DNA of 64,000 bases. Origin: Candidatus Acidiferrum sp. (lineage in GTDB: Bacteria; Acidobacteriota; Terriglobia; Acidiferrales; UBA7541). Under the pieces are notes generated by a model. That model was not told the origin of the DNA. It saw only the letters and a program-made list of their open reading frames with translations, and ran no database searches. Shown in pieces: positions 40,782-50,621 of the stretch (position 1 is its first letter; every line of letters begins with the position of its first letter). The stretch spans positions 27,784 through 91,783 of the forward strand of contig DATGEI010000019.1 in assembly GCA_035310365.1 (NCBI GenBank), in the 5' to 3' direction. The position numbers and the translations under genes are program-made.

Positions 40782-43700
40782 ATGTGGATTGTCCGCTTAG
40801 CGCTTCAGAGACCGTATACGTTTATCGTGATGGCGCTCGTCATCATCCTCTTAACGCCCGTCGTCTTGATGCGCACGCCGACGGACATCTTTCCGGAAAT
40901 CAACATTCCCGTCATCAGTCTCGTCTGGACCTACGGCGGATTGCAGCCGCAGGAAATGGAGCAGCGCATCACCGGCAACGTCGAGCGCGGCATTTCCACG
41001 CTCGTCAACGACGTCGAACACATCGAGTCGCAATCGCTGCCCGGCATCGCCGTCATCAAGGTGTACTTCCAGCCCGGCGCCAATGTTCAATTAGCGCTTG
41101 CCCAGGCCGGCGCCATCTCGCAAACTTTTCTCCGCGCTTTGCCGCAAGGCACAACTCCGCCGCTCGTCATTGTTTATTCCGCGTCCACCGTCCCGGTCAT
41201 TCAGCTCGGCCTCACCAGCGATACGCTCAGCGAGCAACAACTCTTCGACTTCGGCAACAATTTTATCCGCACGCAGCTCGCAACCATTCAAGGCGCGGCA
41301 ACTCCCTTCCCCTTCGGCGGCAAGCAAAGGCTCGTCTCGGTGGATACCGATTCCTCCGCTCTTCAGTCCCACGGCCTATCGGCGGTGGACGTCGTCAACG
41401 CCGTCGCCAATCAGAACTTGATTCTTCCCACCGGCACCGCCAAGCTCGGCCAGCTTGAATACACCGTTGAAATGAACGGCAGCCCGCAGACCGTCAACGA
41501 ACTGAACGATCTCCCGGTCAAAACCGTCAACGGCGCCACAACTTATTTGCGCGAAGTCGCTCACGTACGCGATGGCTTCTCTCCGCAAACAAACGTCGTC
41601 GTCGCCAACGGCCAGCGCGGCGTTCTCATGAGCATCTACAAAACCGGCAATGCCTCCACTTTGAGCATCGTCGGCCGCCTCAAAGAGATGCTTGCCTACA
41701 ACGAGTCCTCCTATCCGCCCGGCCTCAAGGTCAATCAGCTTTTCGATCAATCGCTTTTCGTTCGCGCTTCCATCCAGGGCGTTCTTCGCGAAGGTCTCAT
41801 CGCCGCCTGCCTCACCGTCATCATGATTCTTCTCTTCCTCGGCAATTGGAAGAGCACGCTCATCATTCTCGTTTCCATCCCGCTTTCGATTCTCGTCAGC
41901 GTACTTCTCCTCAGCGCGCTCGGCGAAACCATCAACATCATGACTCTCGGCGGCCTCGCCCTTGCCGTCGGCATCCTCGTTGACGACGCCACTGTCGAAA
42001 TCGAAAACATCAATCGCAACCTCGCCATGGGCAAAGACACGATTCAGGCCATTCTCGATGGCGCCCAGCAAATCGCCGTTCCCGCCTTCGTCTCCACGCT
42101 CTGCATATGCATCGTCTTCATCCCGATGTTTTTTCTTTCCGGCGTCGCCAAATTCCTTTTCGTTCCGCTCGCCGAAGCCGTCAGCTTCGCCATGCTCGCG
42201 TCTTACATGTGGTCGCGCACCATCGTTCCCACTCTCGCCATGTATCTCTTGAGCGCCGAAGATGAGTACCACGCCGAAGATCACGTCGGCGAAAAACAGG
42301 GCATTTTCCGCCGCTTTCAGCAAGGCTTCGAGCGCGGCTTCGAAAAATTCCGCGACGGTTACCGCGAAGCTCTCGAAAGTATCCTGGATAACTCGCGCAT
42401 CTTCGCCGCTTGCTTCCTCGCCTTCTGTGCGTTGTCTTGCACCATCGTCTTCGTCCTCGGCCGCGATTTCTTCCCCAGCGTCGACGCCGGCCAAATCCGT
42501 CTTCACATGCGCGCCCGCACCGGCCTGCGCATTGAAGAAACCGCTCGCCTCACCGACCAGATCAACCAAACCATTCGCGAAACGATTCCCAAAGACGAAC
42601 TCGTCACCGTTCTCGACAACATCGGTCTCCCTTATAGCGGCATCAACCTCACCTACAGCAACTCCGGCACCATCGGCACCTCCGACGCGGAGATTCTCGT
42701 TCAGCTCAAGGAAGAGCGCGCCAAAAGCACCGCCGAATACGTCAATACGCTGCGCGAACAGTTGCCGCAAAAATTTCCCGGTGTGCAGTTTTACTTTCAG
42801 CCCGCGGACATTGTCACGCAAATTCTGAATTTCGGCACGCCCGCCCCCATCGACATCTCCATCCTGGGACCAATCGCGAACCAACAAAGCAACTACGCGC
42901 TCGCGGAAAAACTGGCCGGCGAAGTGCGCCACATCCCCGGCGCCGTCGACGTTCGCGTCCAACAAGCCTTCGACGCCCCCACGCTTCACTTCGATATCGA
43001 CCGCACCCGCGCTCAATACGTCGGTCTGCAAACGCGCGACGTCGCGCAAAATCTTCTCGTCTCTCTCAGTTCCAGTTTTCAAACCGCACCCAGCTTCTGG
43101 CTCGATCCCCGCAACGGCATTAGCTATAGCGTCGCCGTCCAGACGCCGCAGTACCGTGTCGACAATCTCCAGGCTCTGCAAAATACGCCCATCAACAACG
43201 GCACGCCCGGCGCCAGCCCGCAAATCCTCGCTAACCTCGTCACTTTGCAAAACACCGTTCGCCCCGCCAGCGTTTCTCATTACAACGCGCAGCCCATGAT
43301 CAACGTTTACGCCGCCGTGGACGGCCGCGACCTCGGCTCCGTCGCCGACGAAGTCTATAAACGCGTCAACGCCCTCCAGAAAGAAGTTCCTCGCGGCAGC
43401 CACGTCGTCGTTCGCGGCCAGGTCGAAACCATGCGCACGTCCTTCATCGGTCTCGGCGTCGGCCTCATCGGCGCAATCGTTCTCGCCTACTTGCTCATCG
43501 TCGTCAATTTTCAGTCGTGGCTCGATCCTTTCATCATCATCACCGCCCTTCCTGGCGCTCTCGCCGGCATCTGCTGGATGCTCCTCTTCACCCGCACCAC
43601 GCTGAATGTCCCGTCTCTTACCGGCGCCATCATGTGCATGGGCGTCGCCACGGCCAACAGCATCTTGATGGTCTCCTTCGCGCGCGAACAAATGGCCGAA

Positions 43701-43967
43701 GGCAAAAACGCCCGCGAAGCCGCGCTCGAAGCGGGCTTCGTTCGCATCCGCCCCGTGCTCATGACGGCGCTCGCAATGATGATGGGCATGGTGCCGATGG
43801 CCACCGGCCTCGGCGAAGGCGGCGAACAAAACGCGCCGCTCGGACGCGCCGTCATCGGCGGCTTGCTTTTCGCCACCGTCGCAACTTTGTTTTTCGTGCC
43901 GTGCGTTTTCTCCATGATTCACAGCCGGCTCGAGCGCAGGCGCGAACGAATCGCCGCGCTTGCATAG
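40782..43967 (+). CDS. RND efflux permease (AcrB/AcrD/AcrF family)
   Basis: DIFPEINIP, TLGGLALAVGILVDDATV and RIRPVLMT motifs; 1061 aa. Confidence 0.96.
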   Translation: MWIVRLALQRPYTFIVMALVIILLTPVVLMRTPTDIFPEINIPVISLVWTYGGLQPQEMEQRITGNVERGISTLVNDVEHIESQSLPGIAVIKVYFQPGANVQLALAQAGAISQTFLRALPQGTTPPLVIVYSASTVPVIQLGLTSDTLSEQQLFDFGNNFIRTQLATIQGAATPFPFGGKQRLVSVDTDSSALQSHGLSAVDVVNAVANQNLILPTGTAKLGQLEYTVEMNGSPQTVNELNDLPVKTVNGATTYLREVAHVRDGFSPQTNVVVANGQRGVLMSIYKTGNASTLSIVGRLKEMLAYNESSYPPGLKVNQLFDQSLFVRASIQGVLREGLIAACLTVIMILLFLGNWKSTLIILVSIPLSILVSVLLLSALGETINIMTLGGLALAVGILVDDATVEIENINRNLAMGKDTIQAILDGAQQIAVPAFVSTLCICIVFIPMFFLSGVAKFLFVPLAEAVSFAMLASYMWSRTIVPTLAMYLLSAEDEYHAEDHVGEKQGIFRRFQQGFERGFEKFRDGYREALESILDNSRIFAACFLAFCALSCTIVFVLGRDFFPSVDAGQIRLHMRARTGLRIEETARLTDQINQTIRETIPKDELVTVLDNIGLPYSGINLTYSNSGTIGTSDAEILVQLKEERAKSTAEYVNTLREQLPQKFPGVQFYFQPADIVTQILNFGTPAPIDISILGPIANQQSNYALAEKLAGEVRHIPGAVDVRVQQAFDAPTLHFDIDRTRAQYVGLQTRDVAQNLLVSLSSSFQTAPSFWLDPRNGISYSVAVQTPQYRVDNLQALQNTPINNGTPGASPQILANLVTLQNTVRPASVSHYNAQPMINVYAAVDGRDLGSVADEVYKRVNALQKEVPRGSHVVVRGQVETMRTSFIGLGVGLIGAIVLAYLLIVVNFQSWLDPFIIITALPGALAGICWMLLFTRTTLNVPSLTGAIMCMGVATANSILMVSFAREQMAEGKNAREAALEAGFVRIRPVLMTALAMMMGMVPMATGLGEGGEQNAPLGRAVIGGLLFATVATLFFVPCVFSMIHSRLERRRERIAALA

Positions 43968-43996
43968 TTCTTCGTTTTGAGGGAAGGTGAATTCGA

Positions 43997-45241
43997 GTGG
44001 AAGCCCAGATGGAACCCGAAAAAAAGCCCCGGCGCAGCGGCATCTTTGCGCTTTTCTTGCTCATCGTCGTCGCTCTCGCAGTCGTCGGCGCATTCACTCT
44101 CATCCAGCGCCGCGCGCAGTATCGCGCGCTTGCGAAAGAGACCGAGACGCTCGCAATCCCCACTGTCACCGTGGTTCACGCCACCGCGGAAAAAGGCCAG
44201 GAAGATCTCGTCCTCCCGGGCACGATGCAGGCGTACGTCGAATCGCCCATTTACGCGCGCACCAGCGGCTACGTCAAAAAGTGGTATCACGATATCGGCA
44301 CCCGCGTTCGCGCCGGCGAACCGCTCGCGGATATTGACACCCCGGAAGTCGATCAGCAGCTTTCGCAAGCCCGCGCCGACTTGGCCACCGCCCAAGCCAA
44401 CTCAAACCTTTCGCGCATCACCGCAACTCGCTACGAGGAATTGATCAAAACCGATGGCGTCTCCAAACAAGAAGTCGATAACGCCGTCGGCGATCTCGCC
44501 GCCAAAGAAGCCATCGTCAACTCCGCCGAAGCCAATGTTCGCCGCTTGCAGGAACTCGAAGGCTTCAAGCACGTCACCGCTCCTTTCAGCGGCGTCGTCA
44601 CTCGCCGCCAGACCGACATCGGCCAACTCGTCAACGCGGGCAATGGCGGTGCATCGCAGGAACTGTTTTCCCTCTCGCAGACCGATCCGCTTCGTGTCTA
44701 CGTAAATGTTCCCGAGGCCTACGCGCCGTCGATTCACGCCGGGCTTCCGGCCTTTCTCGAATTAACACAATATCCAGGCAAAAAATTTGAAGGCAAGGTC
44801 GTCCGAAACGCCGAATCCATCGACCTCGATTCGCGCACGCTTCGCGTCGAAGTCGACGTCCCGAATCGCGCCGGCGAACTTCTTCCCGGCGGTTATGCGC
44901 AAGTCCATCTCGCCGTTCAAGTCGGCGGCGAACGCGTTCAGGTTCCCGTCAACGCGTTGCTTTTCCGCGCCGAAGGCCTTCGCGCCATCGTCGTCGACGC
45001 CAATCACAAACTCCATCTCCAGCCGATTACCGTCGGCCGCGATTACGGCACTTCCCTCGAAGTGTTGCAGGGCATCACTTCGTCCGACTGGATCGTTCTC
45101 AATCCCGCCGATTCGCTCGACGACGGCGAGCCCGTCAACGTAAAAGAAATGCCGCAAAAGCCCGCGCCGGCCAATTCGCAGCCGCCCGCTCCTGCAAATC
45201 CGGGAGCAAAATCCGGCGCAAAGTCCGGAGCCGCGCATTGA
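43997..45241 (+). CDS. RND periplasmic adaptor subunit
   Basis: N-terminal anchor; IYARTSGYV, APFSGVVT and LLPGGY motifs. Confidence 0.95.
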   Translation: MEAQMEPEKKPRRSGIFALFLLIVVALAVVGAFTLIQRRAQYRALAKETETLAIPTVTVVHATAEKGQEDLVLPGTMQAYVESPIYARTSGYVKKWYHDIGTRVRAGEPLADIDTPEVDQQLSQARADLATAQANSNLSRITATRYEELIKTDGVSKQEVDNAVGDLAAKEAIVNSAEANVRRLQELEGFKHVTAPFSGVVTRRQTDIGQLVNAGNGGASQELFSLSQTDPLRVYVNVPEAYAPSIHAGLPAFLELTQYPGKKFEGKVVRNAESIDLDSRTLRVEVDVPNRAGELLPGGYAQVHLAVQVGGERVQVPVNALLFRAEGLRAIVVDANHKLHLQPITVGRDYGTSLEVLQGITSSDWIVLNPADSLDDGEPVNVKEMPQKPAPANSQPPAPANPGAKSGAKSGAAH

Positions 45242-46713
45242 GTCGTCGTTTCACAAAAATCTCGACTCTCTTGACGTTCGCTCTGCTCCTCGCCGGTTGC
45301 ACCGTCGGCCCAAAGTATCAGCGCGCCTCCGCTCCCGTCGCCGCGCACTGGGACGTCGCCGCTCCCTTTCGCGAAAGCGCGCCGAACGATGCCCTCCACA
45401 AAGGCGAATGGTGGGCCATCTTTCACGACGACACTCTCAATTCCCTCGAACTGGACGCGCTCGGCGCAAATCAAACTCTGAAAGTCGCCGCCGCTCATCT
45501 TGAGGAGGCCCGCGCCTCCGCCGCCTTGCAAGTCTCCACGCAATTCCCCCAGTTCGGCACGACGCCATCCGTGCTTCGCCAGCGCCTCTCCGGCAATCGG
45601 CCAACGAGCAACACCGTTATCCCAAGCACTCCGTTCACGCAATCCACCTTCATGCTTCCCTTCACCGTCAGTTACGAAGCGGATCTCTTTGGCGGCCGCC
45701 GTCATTCCATCGAAGCCGCGCAAGCCTCCTACCAGGCCACCGGGGCTGGCCTTGAAAACACGCGTCTCATCATCACCGCCGAACTCGCCGGCGACTACTT
45801 TTCCTTGCGACAGGTGGACACCGAAATCGGCATTCTTCGCCGCACGGTTGACGCGCTGACCAAAGGCCTCGAGCTCGTCAACTCGCGCCACGCCGGCGGA
45901 ATCGCTTCCGGTCTCGACGTCGCGCAGGAAGAGACTCTCCTCAACACCACGCGCACGCAATCGATCCTTCTCCAGCAGCAGCGCAAACAGCTTGAAGATG
46001 CCATCGCCGTCCTCGCCGGAAAGCCCGCGCCGGATTTTCATCTCCCCACGCGGGAACTCGATGCCGAACCGCCGCCCATCAACGCCGGATTACCCTCCGA
46101 TCTTCTCGAGCGCCGCCCGGACATCGCCGAAGCCGAACGCGAAATGGCCGTCGCCAACGCGCAAGTAGGCATCGCCCGCGCTGCCTACTTTCCTTCTCTC
46201 AATCTTTTTGCCGACGGCGGCTGGCAATCGGCCAATATTGCAAAGCTTTTGAATGTGCAAAGCACGCTTTGGGCCTTTGGAGCCACCGCTGCCGAAAGCA
46301 TCTTCACCGGCGGCGCGCGTCGCGCGCAGAACCAATTCGCCCGGTCCGGTTATGACGCAAGCGTCGCCGCCTATCGCCAAACCGTCCTCAGCGCCTTCGG
46401 CGAAGTCCAGGATGACGTCACCGGGCTTCTGGTCCTTGACGAAGCGCAGAAATCGCAGCAGGACGCGGTCGACGCCGCGCGCCGCACCCTCACCATCGCG
46501 GAAAGCCGCTACACCGGCGGCCTCGTCAGCTACCTTGACGTCGTCAATGCCCAGCAAAATCTGCTGAACAACGAGCAAGAAATGGCCGTCATCCGCGGTC
46601 AAAAGCTCGTTACCAGCGTTCTTCTCGTCAAGGCCCTCGGCGGCGGTTGGGATGCATCCAGCCTCGCGGCTTTGCAAGTCAAGCCGAAGCTCAAAGACGC
46701 GGTCGCCCCGTAG
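45238..46713 (+). CDS. NodT-family efflux outer membrane lipoprotein
   Basis: LAGC lipobox; PSDLLERRPDI and LVKALGGGW motifs. Confidence 0.95.
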   Translation: MSRRFTKISTLLTFALLLAGCTVGPKYQRASAPVAAHWDVAAPFRESAPNDALHKGEWWAIFHDDTLNSLELDALGANQTLKVAAAHLEEARASAALQVSTQFPQFGTTPSVLRQRLSGNRPTSNTVIPSTPFTQSTFMLPFTVSYEADLFGGRRHSIEAAQASYQATGAGLENTRLIITAELAGDYFSLRQVDTEIGILRRTVDALTKGLELVNSRHAGGIASGLDVAQEETLLNTTRTQSILLQQQRKQLEDAIAVLAGKPAPDFHLPTRELDAEPPPINAGLPSDLLERRPDIAEAEREMAVANAQVGIARAAYFPSLNLFADGGWQSANIAKLLNVQSTLWAFGATAAESIFTGGARRAQNQFARSGYDASVAAYRQTVLSAFGEVQDDVTGLLVLDEAQKSQQDAVDAARRTLTIAESRYTGGLVSYLDVVNAQQNLLNNEQEMAVIRGQKLVTSVLLVKALGGGWDASSLAALQVKPKLKDAVAP

Positions 46714-46941
46714 CTTTTTCCCGCGCAGTTGCTAAGCCGCAGCGCTTTTCCAAAAAACGGGTGACGCAGTTGCCATCTCCCGTTTGCTCGCCTCCTCGAT
46801 TTGCTTCTCCGCCAAACTTTCCATGCAACCAATGCCGATTTTCTGAATCAGAATTCAATGCGCAGTGGCGCGCAAGACGCGCGCCCGCAACTTATGATAA
46901 AAAATAGCCTGTCACTTTTCGAAACCAAGGGGCCATCATTC

Positions 46942-48030
46942 ATGAATCGCCGCAACTTCCTTCTCACCGCAAGCGCCGCTTCCGCGGGAATCGCCTTCCC
47001 GGAATCCACGCGATTGTGGGCAGAAGAACTCTCCTCCGCTCCGTGGCGCACCTTCGACGTCACGACTCGCGTCGAAGTCCTAAAACCTTCCGGCATCACC
47101 CGCATTTGGGTACCAGCGGCGCTCAAGCACGAGACTCCCTTCCAAAAGACTCTTTCGAACACCTTTCAGGCCGGCAGCGGCTCCGCAAAGCTCATCGAAT
47201 CCGAAACGGACTCGCTCGCCATTGTCGCCGCCGAATTCCCCGAAAACGTCAAACCCGCCATCACCCTCACCAGCCGCATTGCGATACGCAACGTCGCCGT
47301 CGATCTCACCGCTTCCGCCAGGAAGTCCGTTGAATCGCCCGACCAGCTAAAATACTTCCTCCGCCCCACCAAACTTATGCCGATCGATGGCATCGTGAAA
47401 TCCACTGCCGACGAGATCACCCTCGGCGCTCGCTCCGATGTCGAGAAAGCCCGCGCCATCTACGAATGGATCGTGGACAACACGTTCCGCAATCCAAAGA
47501 CTCGCGGCTGCGGCCTCGGCGACATTCGTTTCATGCTCGAAACGAAGGATCTCGGCGGAAAATGTGCAGACCTCAACGCGCTCTTCGTCGGCCTCTGCCG
47601 CGCTTCCGGTCTGCCCGCTCGCGACGTCTACGGCATTCGCGTCGCAAAATCCGATCTCGGGTATAAGAGCCTTGGCCCCTCGTCCGATGTCGTCACCAAA
47701 GCGCAGCACTGCCGCGCCGAAGTTCACCTCGAGGGCTTTGGCTGGGTTCCCGTCGATCCCGCCGACGTCCGCAAAGTGGTGCTCGAGGAGCCGCCCGGCA
47801 ATCTTCAGTTGGCCGACGAAATGGTACAAAAAGCCCGCACGCGCCTTTTCGGGTCTTGGGAAATGAACTGGATGGCTTACAATTTCGCGCACGACGTCGC
47901 GCTTCCCGGTTCCTCCGGCGCTCCCGTCGGTTTCCTCATGTATCCGCAGGCGGAAACTTCCACGGGCCGCCTCGATTGCCTCGACGCCGACACTTTCCAC
48001 TACGAAATCATGTCAAAGCAAATCTCGTAA
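46942..48030 (+). CDS. Tat-exported transglutaminase-like protein
   Basis: MNRRNFL Tat motif; triad motifs GGKCADLNALF, QHCRAE and WVPVD. Confidence 0.9.
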   Translation: MNRRNFLLTASAASAGIAFPESTRLWAEELSSAPWRTFDVTTRVEVLKPSGITRIWVPAALKHETPFQKTLSNTFQAGSGSAKLIESETDSLAIVAAEFPENVKPAITLTSRIAIRNVAVDLTASARKSVESPDQLKYFLRPTKLMPIDGIVKSTADEITLGARSDVEKARAIYEWIVDNTFRNPKTRGCGLGDIRFMLETKDLGGKCADLNALFVGLCRASGLPARDVYGIRVAKSDLGYKSLGPSSDVVTKAQHCRAEVHLEGFGWVPVDPADVRKVVLEEPPGNLQLADEMVQKARTRLFGSWEMNWMAYNFAHDVALPGSSGAPVGFLMYPQAETSTGRLDCLDADTFHYEIMSKQIS

Positions 48031-48042
48031 TTTGCGCCCGCG

Positions 48043-50283
48043 TTAGTTTTTCCCCGCCATTAAATTGTCGAGGAAAAACTTCGTCACTCGTTTCATCAGG
48101 ATGATTCGCGCCGGAGGATCGGAAACTCCGTGTCCCCGCCCCGGAAACGGCATCACTTCCACCGGCTTGCCCTTCGCGATCAAATCGTCCACCAGCGCCA
48201 GCGTGTTTGCAAAATGCACGTTGTCGTCGCCCGTTCCGTGCGCGATCAGCAGCGGCCCTTTTAATTGCCCCGCTTTTTCCGCCGGCGACGATTCCTGATA
48301 ACTCTCTTCATTCTCCGGCAGTAGCCCGATGTATCGCTCCGTGTAAATCGAATCGTAGTAGTGCCAGTTCGTCACCGGCCCGCCGGCAAATCCGGCCTTA
48401 AAATCCTCGGGGTCTTCAAACATCGCGTGCAGCGTCATGTGCCCGCCGTAACTCCATCCCCAGATTCCAATGTGCTCCGCATCCACCCACGGCTGCGTCT
48501 TCAGCCAAGCCGCGCCGTCTCGTTGATCCGACATCTCTTGCGCTCCAAAGCGGAAATGAATCGGTTCTTCAAATACGTGTCCCCTTCCGGCGGACCCGCG
48601 ATTGTCCAGCGCAAACACAATGAATCCTTTTTGCGCCATCAGCTCGTGCCATAAATACGTCGCGCCGCCCCACGCATTCGTCACCACTTGCACGCCCGGT
48701 CCGCCGTACGTGTACACCAGCACCGGATATTTTTTCGCCGGATCGAAGTGCGGCGGCTTGATCATCCACGCATTCAAATCGTAGCCGTCGTGCGATTTCA
48801 CCTTCAGAAATTCCACCGGCGACAAATGATACTCGGCCAGCTCCGCAACCGTGTTTTCATTCAGCGTCGCAATGCTCGATCCGTCGATGCGCCGCAACGC
48901 TTGCTGCCACGGCGTCCCCGCACTCGAAAACAAGTCCGCAAAGGCCATCGCGTTCGGCGAGAACGTGACGTTGTGCGTTCCGTCTTCTTTCGTGATTCGC
49001 GTGATTCCGCTCCCGTCCAGCTTCGCGCCGTACAAATGACGCTCCAAAGGCGTCTTTTCCGTCGCCGTGAAATACACCATGCCCTTCTCTTCATCCACTC
49101 CTTCCAGTTTCGAAACTTCCCATTCACCCTTCGTCACCTGCCCCAACTGTTTTCCCGTCAAATCGTAAAGATAAAGGTGCCGGTAGCCGCTCCGCTCGCT
49201 CGACCACAGGAATCGTTTTCCATCCTTAAAGAAGTACAAATCGTCGCTTACGTTGATCCAGTAGTCGTCCTTGTCGGTCAAAATCGCCGAACTTTTTCCG
49301 CTCGCTCCATCCGCCACCAGCAATTCAATCTGCGTCTGCTTCCGGTTCAATCGCTCGATCGCCACTCGCTTCGAATCCGTCAGCCATTGCACTCGCGGAA
49401 TGTATTGATTCGTCTCCGCGCCCGTATCCATCTGCCGCGCTTTTCCTCCTCCCGCGCCAACCACGTAAACGTGCACGATCGGATTCTGCCCTCCACCCAC
49501 CGGATACCGCTCCTCCTCCGCCTCACCCGTGTACGATTCGAAATCCACCATCGGATATTTCGTCACCTTCCGCTCATCCATTTCCAAATACGCCACCGAC
49601 GAACTATCCGGCGCCCACCAGTACGCCGTCGAAATCGCCAATTCTTCCGGATACACCCAATCCAGTTCGCCCTTTCGAATCTCTTCCGTTCCTCCCGTCG
49701 TCAGCGCATGCTCTTTCGCGTCAGCCGTGCTCACCGCAAACAAATTGTGTTCGCGCACAAACGATACCCATTTCCCGTTCGGCGAAATCTTCACATCCGC
49801 GATGGCCGTTTTTCCAGACAGCAAAGTCTTCGATTGCTCGGTCTTTAAGTCGTACCAGCCGAGCGAATTCGGTCCCACCAGCAAGATCGCCGCTCCGTCG
49901 GGCGCCCACCGGTATTCCGCTGGCGCCCTCCGCCCCAGTCCCGTCGCCTGTGTCGGTTTTGCCTTATCTTCCGGCAGCACGGACTCCAGCTTCTCCGCGC
50001 TCAACAACAATCTCTTTTCGCCCGTCGCCGCCGAAATGCTCCATAACTCTTTGCGCGCATCTTTCCCGCGCCCTTTCGTCTCCAAATAGCTCAGCGTCGC
50101 TCCATCCGCCGTCCACGTCAGCCCGCTCAACAATCTCCCGCTCAAGCTCGGCTGCGAGTAAATCCTTTCCACCGTCAGCGGCTTCCCGTTCGAATCCGCG
50201 CTCTGCGCCAAACATGTGCTCGCAATCCCTGCCGCAACGAACGTGATCGCAGCCGTCGTTATCGCCTTCACCGTCATCCTCAT
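48043..50283 (-). CDS. S9B dipeptidyl peptidase IV
   Basis: DWVYPEE, YGGPG, GWSYGG, DDNVH and GHG motifs; signal peptide. Confidence 0.95.
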   Translation of the reverse strand: MRMTVKAITTAAITFVAAGIASTCLAQSADSNGKPLTVERIYSQPSLSGRLLSGLTWTADGATLSYLETKGRGKDARKELWSISAATGEKRLLLSAEKLESVLPEDKAKPTQATGLGRRAPAEYRWAPDGAAILLVGPNSLGWYDLKTEQSKTLLSGKTAIADVKISPNGKWVSFVREHNLFAVSTADAKEHALTTGGTEEIRKGELDWVYPEELAISTAYWWAPDSSSVAYLEMDERKVTKYPMVDFESYTGEAEEERYPVGGGQNPIVHVYVVGAGGGKARQMDTGAETNQYIPRVQWLTDSKRVAIERLNRKQTQIELLVADGASGKSSAILTDKDDYWINVSDDLYFFKDGKRFLWSSERSGYRHLYLYDLTGKQLGQVTKGEWEVSKLEGVDEEKGMVYFTATEKTPLERHLYGAKLDGSGITRITKEDGTHNVTFSPNAMAFADLFSSAGTPWQQALRRIDGSSIATLNENTVAELAEYHLSPVEFLKVKSHDGYDLNAWMIKPPHFDPAKKYPVLVYTYGGPGVQVVTNAWGGATYLWHELMAQKGFIVFALDNRGSAGRGHVFEEPIHFRFGAQEMSDQRDGAAWLKTQPWVDAEHIGIWGWSYGGHMTLHAMFEDPEDFKAGFAGGPVTNWHYYDSIYTERYIGLLPENEESYQESSPAEKAGQLKGPLLIAHGTGDDNVHFANTLALVDDLIAKGKPVEVMPFPGRGHGVSDPPARIILMKRVTKFFLDNLMAGKN

Positions 50284-50621
50284 CTAATCCTCCGGAATCC
50301 CCCTCGATTCTATCCTCCGCAATCCCTCATTCCAAAGCCCGCTCGCCATTTTCCGGTCTGTGCAAAATGTCGAAAAGTACTATGAGTTTTATTGGAATTC
50401 TCCTACTTTCTCTCGATTTCGCACATTTCAGACTTGTCACAAATCCCCACCCATCGCTATAATTTCCTCCCAGTGTCCCCCGCCCCCTCTCTGTGTGAAG
50501 TATGTGTTGTAGTTCGGGTACCCGCCTTGAGGGGTGAGCAAGTTTAAATCCGAGGTCTCGAACGGCTTGATGCTGCTTGGCCAAAGCTCGAACTTTATTT
50601 TATTCATAGGCGAGGACTGGA

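Noticed and set aside
41376-43922. 848-aa antisense ORF, and similar shadows at 2590-3975, 12521-14023, 18648-19988 and 19942-21192
   Set aside because: They mirror well-supported genes, lack motifs and are explained by biased GC-rich codon usage
40782-46713. RND pump with permease-first order and ANSIL in place of KNAIL as a novel system
   Set aside because: To my knowledge both traits are common in this RND subfamily
50290-50620. Riboswitch or ncRNA upstream of the giant gene
   Set aside because: No recognisable aptamer consensus; a covariance-model search would be needed
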